Of a stretch of DNA of 64,000 bases, positions 9,990 through 19,435 are shown one piece after another. The first letter of the stretch is position 1. Every line of letters begins with the position of its first letter. Both the position numbers and the translations under genes were made by a program. Source of the DNA: Candidatus Heimdallarchaeota archaeon (GTDB lineage: Archaea; Asgardarchaeota; Heimdallarchaeia; Heimdallarchaeales; Heimdallarchaeaceae); contig JABCTC010000013.1 of NCBI GenBank assembly GCA_018238545.1, positions 18,233 to 82,232 of the forward strand. Reading direction: 5' to 3'. The notes under the pieces were generated by a model. It made no database searches. It was given only the letters and a program-made list of their open reading frames with translations, and was not told the DNA's origin.

Positions 9990-11046
9990 TTATTTTGCGA
10001 ATTTTTTTGTTTAAATACTTTTCATAAGGAGGGTACACGGGCAATCTTTGTTTCAAAAAGAACCCTTCAGATTCCAAGTTCTTCCCCAAATTACTCTCTT
10101 CCTGCCAAGTCATATTTGGATTGATATAATCAATGGTTGCAGATGAAATTCCTCCCAAATCATTTGCTCCATAGTCTAAAAGAGTAATTATTCTATCTCT
10201 ATTAAGATTAGGAGGTGCTTGAATATTAACATTAGAACCCATAATCATGCGCGAAAGGGCAATTGTTAACAGAACATCCTCTTCTTCAGGAGGGGGATAA
10301 TCTTGCATAGGTGTTCCTTTTTGAGGGTTAAAATTCTGTATAATTATTTCTTGTATGTGTCGATATTTCTTATTGATATTTTGTAAATACAACAGAGATT
10401 CTATTCGCTCTTCTTTTGTTTCCCCAATCCCTATAAGCAAACCTGAAGTAAATGGTATTCTTAGTCTTCCTGCATTTTCAATGACCTCAAGTCTCAATTT
10501 TGGATCTTTTGTGGGAGAAAGGTAGTGAGCTTCGTCTTTGTCTAATAAACGAGTACTTGAGGATTCTAACATTAAACCTAGACTAGCATTGGAATCTTTT
10601 AGATTTTTAAGCTCCTCAAAAGTAATTACTCCTGGATTAGAATGAGGCAATAAATTTTCATCTAGGGCAAGCTCGCAGAACATTTTCACATAGTCTACAG
10701 TTGAATTGCAGCTGTATCGTCGTAAAAATTCTCTAGCAGTCTCATATTTCTCCTCAGGTTTTTCCCCCAAAGTTAGAAGAATTTCAGAACATTTTTCCGA
10801 TTTTGCTTTCTTTAATAAAGATTGAAATGAATCAGGAGTGATCCAACTTTTAACATCATCTGAAACGAAACTACAATAACCACAACGATTTCTACATTGA
10901 TGAGTGATTGGCACAAAAAAATTCCGTGAATAAGTTATAGTCTGACCATATAAATTTCTTGCTTTTTCATTTGCTAGACTCTGTAGTTCTTTAGGTTCGT
11001 TGTTTAACAAGGAAAGATAATAGTCGAAACTCATTTTGTGCATCAC
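9940..11046 (-). CDS. cofG: FO synthase subunit 1 (radical SAM)
   Basis: ITYSRNFFVPITHQCRNRCGYC, LLPHSNPG, SLGLMLE, IPFTSGLLIGIGE, QAPPNL, NDLGGIS. Confidence 0.93.
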   Translation of the reverse strand: MMHKMSFDYYLSLLNNEPKELQSLANEKARNLYGQTITYSRNFFVPITHQCRNRCGYCSFVSDDVKSWITPDSFQSLLKKAKSEKCSEILLTLGEKPEEKYETAREFLRRYSCNSTVDYVKMFCELALDENLLPHSNPGVITFEELKNLKDSNASLGLMLESSSTRLLDKDEAHYLSPTKDPKLRLEVIENAGRLRIPFTSGLLIGIGETKEERIESLLYLQNINKKYRHIQEIIIQNFNPQKGTPMQDYPPPEEEDVLLTIALSRMIMGSNVNIQAPPNLNRDRIITLLDYGANDLGGISSATIDYINPNMTWQEESNLGKNLESEGFFLKQRLPVYPPYEKYLNKKIRKIIEDKYRNEEIISPKNR

Positions 11047-11053
11047 TTGCTTA

Positions 11054-11743
11054 TTATTTATTATCTATGTTCTTAATTGGAGTAAGTGTCACCAAAATAC
11101 CTTCATCTAATTTTGTAATCTCCGCTGCTTTAAACATCAAAGCACCTTGGACATCTTGAACTAATAAATCATCATACAAATTCTTACCTCCCTTATTTCC
11201 AACAAATACAAACCTGTAAAAGATATGTAAAACATCAACCAGTTGGTTTTTTAGTAATTGTGTTATCATTGTTGAACCTCCCTCTACTAATACTCGAGAT
11301 ACAAAATACTTCGTACGAAGTACTTTCAAAACTGTTTTCATATCCAAAAATTTTCTATCATCTTTTTCCTCAATAAGTTCGACTTTTACCCCCAAACGCT
11401 GTAGTTTACTTCTTTTTACTTCAGAGCTTTGGTGAGATGTAAAAATAATTGTTGGGATCATGTGTTGATCTTGTATAATTTTAGAATCTAAATGAATTCG
11501 ACACTTTGAATCCAAAACAACTCTAAGTGGATGAGGAGATTTAGGTTCCGTATATCGAACAGTTAGAAGCGGATTATCACTAATAACTGTATTAATACCA
11601 ATAAGAATTGCATCAACTGAATTTCTCAATTTATGTACTCTAATCCAATCTTCTTTTGTTGACAAAGAAAGAGCACCTTCTTCTGAGCCTATTATCCCAT
11701 CAAGAGAGCTTGCAACATTTATAATTACTTCTGGTTTTTCCAT
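11054..11743 (-). CDS. arfC: 2,5-diamino-6-ribosylamino-4(3H)-pyrimidinone 5'-phosphate reductase (RibD C-terminal family)
   Basis: ASSLDG, VHKLRNSVDAILIGINTVISDNPLLTVR, RVVLDS, VLVEGG; no deaminase domain. Confidence 0.85.
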   Translation of the reverse strand: MEKPEVIINVASSLDGIIGSEEGALSLSTKEDWIRVHKLRNSVDAILIGINTVISDNPLLTVRYTEPKSPHPLRVVLDSKCRIHLDSKIIQDQHMIPTIIFTSHQSSEVKRSKLQRLGVKVELIEEKDDRKFLDMKTVLKVLRTKYFVSRVLVEGGSTMITQLLKNQLVDVLHIFYRFVFVGNKGGKNLYDDLLVQDVQGALMFKAAEITKLDEGILVTLTPIKNIDNK

Positions 11744-12903
11744 TTTACTAACCTACCTTTGTACATTTGAAAATCTATATCAATGGGTGTAGCTCGCATG
11801 GTTAATGCCGCATAAACATCTTTTGAGAAACTGAGATTGGGGTTATTTAAGTCAAATCCTAGAAAATCACCGCTATATCCCACAGATAATTGCCCAATTT
11901 TTCGTTGGATTATTAAGCCAGGGTTAACAGTTAAAGCTTTGAGTATGTCTTTTGGGGAGATAAGCTGTTTAGTGGAGCGAGCATTGTAAAGCGAAAAGGC
12001 CATTAATCTGAAAGGGTCTGGGTTACAGCAAAAAACATTATCTGACCCTAATCCTAGAAGTATCCCTTCGTCAATAATGGCCTTTAAGGGAGGAAAATCT
12101 AGACCATTATAGAGATTGGAAAGAGGGCAACACACAACACTAATATTGTTTTTTTTCAAAGATTGGAGATCGTTCTCATCTGCATAAGTCGCATGGATAA
12201 CGAAGTCCAAATCTAATTGATCAATTGCTACTTCGATATCCCTTTTACCAAAAGTTGCTAAAGATCGAGAAATAACTTCTAAAGATTCTGAGACATGAAT
12301 CGCACACAAATGACCAACTTTATTTTCTTTCAAAATATTTGCTTCCTCGCAAAGCACGTCATCTAAAGAAAAGACATCTGGAAACCCAGTACCATCACTT
12401 TGTTGACTAATTTCTACTAATGGGTCTTTATTATCTGGACGTCCTAAAATCAAACCACGAATAGGAAAATCCACAAGAGATTCTTTCAACAAATTGATTC
12501 CCTGTAAACCTCCTTCTCTAAAATCTATGAAGCTTGTAAAACCATTGTTGACTTGCATTTCCAATGAGTTTCTTATACTGGAAATTTTTTCTTCAGTTGT
12601 ACTGGAACTTAGTTTCTTGTATTTTACTCCAGTAGGACCCACAGCCTCGTCAAGAGATAATCCATAAGTGTGATCCTTAAGATATGCATCACCAACGTGA
12701 ACATGAGCATTTACAAATCCTGGAATTAGCAAGTAAGATGAGGGTAAAACGTATTCAGCTGGTTTTTCTTCTTCTGAAATATCTATTATGGTACCATCAC
12801 TATCAACTTGGAACCGTACATTTTCAACAAACTCCAAATCTGGACCAACCAAAGCATTGGCACGAACGGCTACCATGGCTCTCTTATGAAAATTTGTGAG
12901 CAA
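11725..12903 (-). CDS. Metal-dependent amidohydrolase (Atz/Trz-like deaminase family)
   Basis: PGFVNAHVH, HVSE, HA, LGSDN motifs; overlaps arfC. Confidence 0.85.
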   Translation of the reverse strand: MLTNFHKRAMVAVRANALVGPDLEFVENVRFQVDSDGTIIDISEEEKPAEYVLPSSYLLIPGFVNAHVHVGDAYLKDHTYGLSLDEAVGPTGVKYKKLSSSTTEEKISSIRNSLEMQVNNGFTSFIDFREGGLQGINLLKESLVDFPIRGLILGRPDNKDPLVEISQQSDGTGFPDVFSLDDVLCEEANILKENKVGHLCAIHVSESLEVISRSLATFGKRDIEVAIDQLDLDFVIHATYADENDLQSLKKNNISVVCCPLSNLYNGLDFPPLKAIIDEGILLGLGSDNVFCCNPDPFRLMAFSLYNARSTKQLISPKDILKALTVNPGLIIQRKIGQLSVGYSGDFLGFDLNNPNLSFSKDVYAALTMRATPIDIDFQMYKGRLVKWKNQK

Positions 12904-13057
12904 GTATTAAGATTTTACGGAAAAAGCGCATTCATGTTTAAAGGACAGATTGCAAGCAAAAAAAAAGAATGTTTACACTTTAATCTTTCAATTAAAAAAC
13001 ATTAGAATCAGTATATTTATAATTCAACCTTAAAATTTAGCGTCAAAGCAGATTTAT

Positions 13058-15283
13058 GTGATAAAGATGGTTCGAGTAAAGAATCCAGATGAAATCCGAG
13101 AGATGATTAAAAGTCATCCTATGAACTTGCGTAGAGTATTCTCTATTGCAGCTCATATAGATCATGGAAAAACAACAACTAGTGATTATCTCCTGCGTAA
13201 AGCTGGTCTGATGTCAGATGCAGATGCAGGAAAGAAAGTAATGATGGATAGTGATGATGAAGAACAAGAAAGAGGAATCACTATTTTTACAAGTGTAGTA
13301 ATGTTATCCTACGAATTCGAAGGTGAAACATATCTATGTGAAATTAATGACACTCCAGGACATATTTCCTTTACTGGAGAAGTAAGTAGAGCACTTCGAG
13401 GAAGTGATGGTGTTGTTATATTAGTAGATGCGCTTGAAGGGGTTATGACCCAGACTGAAACCAACATAAGACTAAGTTTAGCTGAAAAATGCAAACCAGT
13501 TCTTTTCATTAATAAGGTAGACAGACTTATTTCTGAACTAAGGCTTGCTCCCAAAGATGTTTTTGCAAAAATTGATACAATTGTTGAAGGTGTTAAAAAA
13601 CTAATCAAAGATAACGCTCCTAAAGGTTCAGTTAAAGACTGGATGGTATCTTTCCAAGAAGGATCAGTTACAATAGGTAGTGCTAAAGATGGCTGGGCTT
13701 TTAACATGTCAACTCTTCAAAGATTAAAGATTACACCCCAAGATGTTTTTGCAAAATATGATGAAGATGACAAAGATTGGTTAAGAGAGAATTTACCACT
13801 TGAAGAACCAATATTAGAGATGGTTATCAAGCACTTACCTGACCCTGTTGAAGGACAAAAAGTTAAGATCCCAGCAATTTGGAGCGGAGATTTAGAAAGT
13901 CCTGAAGGTCAAGCTCTTTTGAATTGTGATAGAGATGGACCATTAATGGGCATGATCACAAAGATATTTATTGAACCAAAGTCTAAAAGACCTACTCTTA
14001 TTGGAAGAGTATACTCAGGTACGTTAAAGAAAACAGATTCTCTATTTCTAGTTGGAAAGAAAACCAAAGCAACCATTAAACGACTAGGAGTTATGGAAAT
14101 TACTGACATTCTTGATGTAGATGAAGTTCCAGCAGGGAATCTTTTCGCTATTTACGGCTTTATTACTCCAGCTGGAGAGACTTTTGTGAGAGAAGGAGAT
14201 GAAAAGAGGTTAACGCCTTTTGAAGAAATTTCTTATGCTTCAGATCCAGTTGTTAGCAGAACAATTAAACCAAAAGATCCCCAAGATATTGCTAAATTGG
14301 GTGAAGTGGTATCAAAATGGATAATGGCTGACCCAACTGCTACTTTCAGACATGACCAAGAATCTAAGACATATGTTTTATCAGGTATTGATCCTTTGCA
14401 AATAGAAATTCTAGTTACAAGAATTCAAGAGCAAGTACAGATTGATGTAAGTGATCCAATTATTGTATACAGAGAAACTCCATCTAAAATAGGTATTACT
14501 GTTCATGCCAAATCTCCAAATGGACATAACAGATTAATGGTACATGTTGAGAAATTAAACGCCGAATCACAGGCATTGTTCAAATCTGGTAAGATCCATA
14601 ATGATATGGATCGTAGAGAAAGAGCAAATCAACTTCAAGAAGAAGCAGGATGGATTGCTAAGCAAGCTAGAAGAATCTGGTATATTAAAGATACAAATGT
14701 ACTCGTTGATGCAACCTCAGGTGTTCAAAGATTAGATAATATTAAAGCATATGTTATCCAAGTTTTCAATGATTTCTGTGAAGGAGCCACATTAGCAAAA
14801 GAACCATTAATGGGTTCAAAGTGGATGATCACAGATGCTACTGTTCATGTAGATCCAGCTCATACAGGGTTTACAGAAATATTCCAAATGTGTTTAGCAG
14901 CATATCATACATCCTTCTTGACCAGTGACCCACACTTAGTTGAACCAATGCAAATTATAGACATTAAGGTTCCTAGCAGTTATGTAGGAAATATGTCAAA
15001 AGTAATTACCCAAAATAGAGGAGTAATTCAAGATATGACCCAAGAAGGAGAGAATACCAACATAAGAGGAAGGATACCAACAGCCGAAACTATTGATCTT
15101 GCAGATGAGATACGAGGTAATAGTTCAGGTAGAGCATTCTTTGGTTATGTCTTCGATGGATTTGATCCCGTTCCTACTAATTTGGAAAAAGAAGTGATAG
15201 AAGCTATTCGTACTCGAAAAGGCCTTTCTCCACAAGTTCCTGAAGTATCCAATTGGGAACGGTTCATGTATAAGAGAACATAA
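13058..15283 (+). CDS. Archaeal elongation factor 2 family GTPase (aEF-2 or the paralog aEF-2p); probable start 13067
   Basis: AHIDHGKTT, ERGITI, DTPGH, NKVD, KSPNGHNR; diphthamide loop reads HVDPAHTGFTE. Confidence 0.9.
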   Translation: MIKMVRVKNPDEIREMIKSHPMNLRRVFSIAAHIDHGKTTTSDYLLRKAGLMSDADAGKKVMMDSDDEEQERGITIFTSVVMLSYEFEGETYLCEINDTPGHISFTGEVSRALRGSDGVVILVDALEGVMTQTETNIRLSLAEKCKPVLFINKVDRLISELRLAPKDVFAKIDTIVEGVKKLIKDNAPKGSVKDWMVSFQEGSVTIGSAKDGWAFNMSTLQRLKITPQDVFAKYDEDDKDWLRENLPLEEPILEMVIKHLPDPVEGQKVKIPAIWSGDLESPEGQALLNCDRDGPLMGMITKIFIEPKSKRPTLIGRVYSGTLKKTDSLFLVGKKTKATIKRLGVMEITDILDVDEVPAGNLFAIYGFITPAGETFVREGDEKRLTPFEEISYASDPVVSRTIKPKDPQDIAKLGEVVSKWIMADPTATFRHDQESKTYVLSGIDPLQIEILVTRIQEQVQIDVSDPIIVYRETPSKIGITVHAKSPNGHNRLMVHVEKLNAESQALFKSGKIHNDMDRRERANQLQEEAGWIAKQARRIWYIKDTNVLVDATSGVQRLDNIKAYVIQVFNDFCEGATLAKEPLMGSKWMITDATVHVDPAHTGFTEIFQMCLAAYHTSFLTSDPHLVEPMQIIDIKVPSSYVGNMSKVITQNRGVIQDMTQEGENTNIRGRIPTAETIDLADEIRGNSSGRAFFGYVFDGFDPVPTNLEKEVIEAIRTRKGLSPQVPEVSNWERFMYKRT

Positions 15284-15374
15284 AATCTCTTTTTTCTCTC
15301 TTTTTACTTTTATTTCTCAATCTAAATTTGAGTGTATATTTAAAAAATAAAGGAAAAGTGATGAAGAAAAATTT
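15284..15374. terminator. Probable bidirectional oligo-T archaeal terminator region between convergent genes
   Basis: CTCTTTTTTCTCTCTTTTTACTTTT directly after the EF-2 stop; A-runs (T-runs on the - strand) after the convergent gene. Confidence 0.5.
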
Positions 15375-16898
15375 CTAATCGCCTGAGTCTTCATCAAACT
15401 CTGCAGATAACTGTTCATAAAACAGGTCTTCTTCCGAAACTGGAGCAACATCTTCTTCAGTTATTATTCTTGATCTGTCGTCCTCCAAATATTCCATATC
15501 TTCTAGAATTGGTTCCAGTTCTTCTTCTACTCTTGCAGAGAATTTCTCTTGTATAAAACCAAGAAGAGAGGTAAACAATAGGATAAATATTACCAGTGGA
15601 ATTAAGAGAAGAACTACACCTTCTGGTTCTAACATCTCAAGCGAGTTATAAATGGAAGGAGGATATCGTAAGAAGAATAATAAGATGTCTGGATTTAAGA
15701 TAGCGTATAGTCCCCCAAGCATTATTCCCACTCGGAATATAACTGATATTCCAACATACATGAGAGTTTTGAAAGGAGTTATAGCTATTGATGCACCTAC
15801 CAGCTTATCATCTACTTTTGGATCACTATGAATCAAACCATCATGATACCTTTGCAATCTAGCGGTCAGTTTGTCTTTTTGACCACCAGGACGAGCAAAC
15901 AGAGAATCTGAAGCTTTTTCCATGAAATAAGTTAATCCGGCTAAACCAAATTTTCTCCTGATAGAACTACTCGCACCCGTAATTGAGCTACCAGATTTTT
16001 TATCTCCACTGTCATCTGTTTCTGCTCCTTCTTCAGCTTCTCCTACCACAGGCATAGCTCGAGAGCTAGTAATCCCTAAACGGAATTCTTTCAATCTGTC
16101 CAAAGCTCTTAAAACTCTTTCTTGTCTACTCTGAGCAGGGTTAAGAATCTTCGTCATATATGATATCTGTAAGGCTATCTCAAGGAACAGATATGAGGCA
16201 AGCGCAATTAATACTACTTCGTTCGTGATAAGTTCTCCGAAGTTACGTGTGGGGGAAAATGAGAACCCTGGTTTGAAGAGTAACTTAACACTTCCGTAGT
16301 AGACCACTAACTGGATACAAACAAACGCAGCAGTTGCTGAGCGCATGTCTGCTCTTAATAGAAATGCAGCAACTGATACTGAAAATAGAATTACGAATAA
16401 TATTAAAATAGATGCTCTATTTGCAACTTTTAAGGTGCCTAAATTGGTGAAGTAATAAGCAAATGGAGAGAACAGTGCGTTTACAGCAGAATCACCTACA
16501 CCATATAGTCCTGATGTAGTCATCTCACCCGGAGGGGAAACATTATTGAATAAATCCACTGTAATAAATGCTCTCGCACCTAAAAGAATAGCATTTGCAT
16601 CTGTCCCTGAGATAAGTAGAAATATCATCAAAGGAAGAGAGAAAAGTACAAGAGCTATATTCTCAAAGAAAATGAATAGCAGAGTTAAGCTATCTAATAA
16701 ATGACCATCTGGAAATTTTTCTGTGTTTGTAAAATCAATTAAATCTGCAAATTGAAGCGCAACCCAAACAACAGCTCCTATAGCGAACAATCGTCCAATT
16801 AAATTAGTAATTGTAGTTTGAATCTTTGCTCCTCGGATTCTACGTTGAACTCCTCGGATTCCAAGTTCGATAGATTGTGTGTCTCCTAACGATTCCAT
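15375..16898 (-). CDS. Polytopic membrane protein with acidic C-terminal tail, last gene of MoxR cassette A
   Basis: ~8 hydrophobic segments, central cytoplasmic loop, D/E-rich tail. Confidence 0.75.
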   Translation of the reverse strand: MESLGDTQSIELGIRGVQRRIRGAKIQTTITNLIGRLFAIGAVVWVALQFADLIDFTNTEKFPDGHLLDSLTLLFIFFENIALVLFSLPLMIFLLISGTDANAILLGARAFITVDLFNNVSPPGEMTTSGLYGVGDSAVNALFSPFAYYFTNLGTLKVANRASILILFVILFSVSVAAFLLRADMRSATAAFVCIQLVVYYGSVKLLFKPGFSFSPTRNFGELITNEVVLIALASYLFLEIALQISYMTKILNPAQSRQERVLRALDRLKEFRLGITSSRAMPVVGEAEEGAETDDSGDKKSGSSITGASSSIRRKFGLAGLTYFMEKASDSLFARPGGQKDKLTARLQRYHDGLIHSDPKVDDKLVGASIAITPFKTLMYVGISVIFRVGIMLGGLYAILNPDILLFFLRYPPSIYNSLEMLEPEGVVLLLIPLVIFILLFTSLLGFIQEKFSARVEEELEPILEDMEYLEDDRSRIITEEDVAPVSEEDLFYEQLSAEFDEDSGD

Positions 16899-16905
16899 TT
16901 TTTTA

Positions 16906-18360
16906 TCACCCTTGACGTTGCATGCGGTTAAACTGTGCCATTATTGTAGGCAAGAAGTCATCTGGACCTACTGAGATAGATACCGCATCATATCTTCTTA
17001 GAAGCTTGAAAAGATTCTGTCGTTCGCCTAATTGTTTCTCAACCATAGCATGTCCTACCATTTGTTCTACTGGTGAAAGTTGATGTGAAACAATTTCAAA
17101 CCATGGTCCAAAGGGAGAGATAACAGTGATATTATGCTTCCTTGCTCTAGCTCTTCTGATAGCTTTAATAATTCTATCAGGATGAGATTCTAAATCTGAA
17201 ATTATTACGATGTAAGATGCACGTTTCACTCTTTGCAATAAATAGTCGATTGCAACTTCCAAGTCTGCCTCTCCTTGAGGTTTAGCGTGAGCAAGCGACT
17301 CTAGAAACTGAAATAGACGAGATCTCACTGAAGTGATATCAACCCAATTCCTTATTTTATCATCATAAATACATAGACCTACAAGATCCTTTTTCTCGAA
17401 TGCAAGATGTATAAGAAGAACAGCACTTCGGATAGCGTACTCTAGCTTAGTATTGCGAGGTAAACCTGCACCCATGCTTACTGAAGAATCTACCAATACA
17501 ATCACACGTATATTCTCTTCAGATTCATATTCTCTAACCATCATCTTTCCTGACCGCGAGAAAGCTTTCCAATCTATGAATTTGAAAGGATCGCCCACCT
17601 GGTATTTTCGTATACCCCAGAAATCTGAACCCATACCTTTGATTTTCGTTCTATGAAAACCAAACAGCACGCCTAGTTGTCTCTTCTTACCAATCATTTC
17701 CAATTTCTTGATATCTTCATAACTTGGATAAACTAAGATCTCTGTTTTTGTAATTATCTCTCCTTCTGTTGCGTAAAATCCCATTCGATCTCTTATAATC
17801 ACTTTAGTAGGACCTATCTCAAAAACCCCTCTTATTGGGATTCTAACGACATATCCATAAGTTATTGTTTGTCTTGGATTCAGCTGTGTAACGATAAAGT
17901 TTTCACCTAGAATTAAATCGAAAACTTCTGGTATTGCATCATAAATCTCAACGGTTGGCAACTGATTTACAGATTTGTTCCTAGCAGTTACTTCTATGTA
18001 TACATAATCTCCTGCGAAAGCCTTGGGTTTTGAAACTTTTCTTGTAATTTCAATTGACTTGGGGTTAGCTCCTAGTCGGTAAAATGGCAATCCCAAAAGA
18101 ACTGAAAAGATTAACATTACTCCACCGAGTATGAAAAACCAGATTAGAGTGCCTTCTGTGTCAAGATAGAAATGTAAGAAATCCATTATCCCTATACCTT
18201 GATTATCAGCAGGAACTCCAGTCGTTGTGGAGTTTACTTGGGGGCTTACACCAAATGAATCTAACATGGTATTTAATGATAAGTAACCCATTAATGCAAA
18301 GCCTATGCTAATCATTATGATTCCACCAAAGACTAAAAAACCGCCTCGACGTGTGAACAC
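16906..18360 (-). CDS. DUF58 family vWA-domain membrane protein
   Basis: GMGSDFWGIRKYQVGDPFKFIDWKAFSR, VREYESE, MIDAS-like DSSVSM, IISDLE. Confidence 0.92.
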   Translation of the reverse strand: MFTRRGGFLVFGGIIMISIGFALMGYLSLNTMLDSFGVSPQVNSTTTGVPADNQGIGIMDFLHFYLDTEGTLIWFFILGGVMLIFSVLLGLPFYRLGANPKSIEITRKVSKPKAFAGDYVYIEVTARNKSVNQLPTVEIYDAIPEVFDLILGENFIVTQLNPRQTITYGYVVRIPIRGVFEIGPTKVIIRDRMGFYATEGEIITKTEILVYPSYEDIKKLEMIGKKRQLGVLFGFHRTKIKGMGSDFWGIRKYQVGDPFKFIDWKAFSRSGKMMVREYESEENIRVIVLVDSSVSMGAGLPRNTKLEYAIRSAVLLIHLAFEKKDLVGLCIYDDKIRNWVDITSVRSRLFQFLESLAHAKPQGEADLEVAIDYLLQRVKRASYIVIISDLESHPDRIIKAIRRARARKHNITVISPFGPWFEIVSHQLSPVEQMVGHAMVEKQLGERQNLFKLLRRYDAVSISVGPDDFLPTIMAQFNRMQRQG

Positions 18361-18388
18361 TATATTACACCTAATTTGCTCGTTTCAT

Positions 18389-19402
18389 TTATACTGGAAC
18401 AGGTAAGTTTCGAAGTATTTCACTTACAACGATAGTTCCAGTGGTTCCTTCTAATTCTGCTTCTGGTTTCATCATTAATCTATGAGCTGTTGCTACTCTG
18501 GCAACTCTTTTCACATCATCGGGGATAACGTAATCTCTGCCTCTCATAGCTGCTACAGATTTACAGGCATTTAGAAGAGCTATACTACATCTTGGACTAC
18601 CGCCCAATGTTAGTCTAGGATCTGTTCGAGTTGCCATGACCATATCCCGGATATAATTCAGAATATCTTCATGAACAAATATCTGTGTCGCAATGCATTC
18701 TTTCATTTTAGTTATAGTCATAGGTGTTGTCACTCTGCGAACTGACTGTCGAATCTGTTTATGCTTTAATAGTATGATGTCCAACTCTTCTTCACGGGAA
18801 GGCAAGCCTACTAAAAGCTTAAACATGAACCTATCGACTTGAGCCTCGGGTAGAGGATATGTTCCTTCTTGTTCGATTGGGTTTTGGGTAGCTATAACCA
18901 AAAATGGGTCATCTAGTTTGAAAGTGGTTCCTTCTACTGTAACCTGTTTTTCTGCCATTGCTTCAAGCAATGCTGCTTGAGTTTTTGGTGGGCTTCTGTT
19001 GATTTCATCAGCCAACAAGATATTTGTGAATATTGGCCCTTTTCTCATCTTGAATGTTCCAGCTTTTGGATCATAAATGGTAGTTCCTACCACATCTGAT
19101 GGCAGAAGATCTGGAGTAAATTGAACTCTTTTGAATTCACATCCAAGTGTTAGAGCAAAGCTGTTAGCCATTACAGTTTTTGCAATACCTGGAACGCCCT
19201 CTAGTAGACAATGTCCTCCACCGAGTAGAGCTATAAACATGTCTTCTAGAACATCGACTTTCCCAATAATTACTCGTCGCAATTCGCTATATATTTCTTC
19301 CCAGACTCTTTTAATATCCTTTGGGGTAACAACTGCTTCTGTTGTTGTCTTTGCTTTAGCTTTTCCTTTTGCTTCACTATTTTCTTCACTCATTTTTTTC
19401 AC
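18389..19402 (-). CDS. moxR: MoxR family AAA+ ATPase
   Basis: GHCLLEGVPGIAKT, RVQFTPDLLPSD, LADEINRSPPKTQAALLEAM, ATQNPIEQEGTYPLPEAQVDRF. Confidence 0.96.
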   Translation of the reverse strand: MKKMSEENSEAKGKAKAKTTTEAVVTPKDIKRVWEEIYSELRRVIIGKVDVLEDMFIALLGGGHCLLEGVPGIAKTVMANSFALTLGCEFKRVQFTPDLLPSDVVGTTIYDPKAGTFKMRKGPIFTNILLADEINRSPPKTQAALLEAMAEKQVTVEGTTFKLDDPFLVIATQNPIEQEGTYPLPEAQVDRFMFKLLVGLPSREEELDIILLKHKQIRQSVRRVTTPMTITKMKECIATQIFVHEDILNYIRDMVMATRTDPRLTLGGSPRCSIALLNACKSVAAMRGRDYVIPDDVKRVARVATAHRLMMKPEAELEGTTGTIVVSEILRNLPVPV

Positions 19403-19435
19403 TTTTCCTTATATTATTTTTTTTTCCTTGTAATC

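Noticed and set aside
13309-14109. Antisense ORFs (132 aa, 66 aa) inside EF-2
   Set aside because: Shadow frames of a conserved gene with no recognisable motifs.
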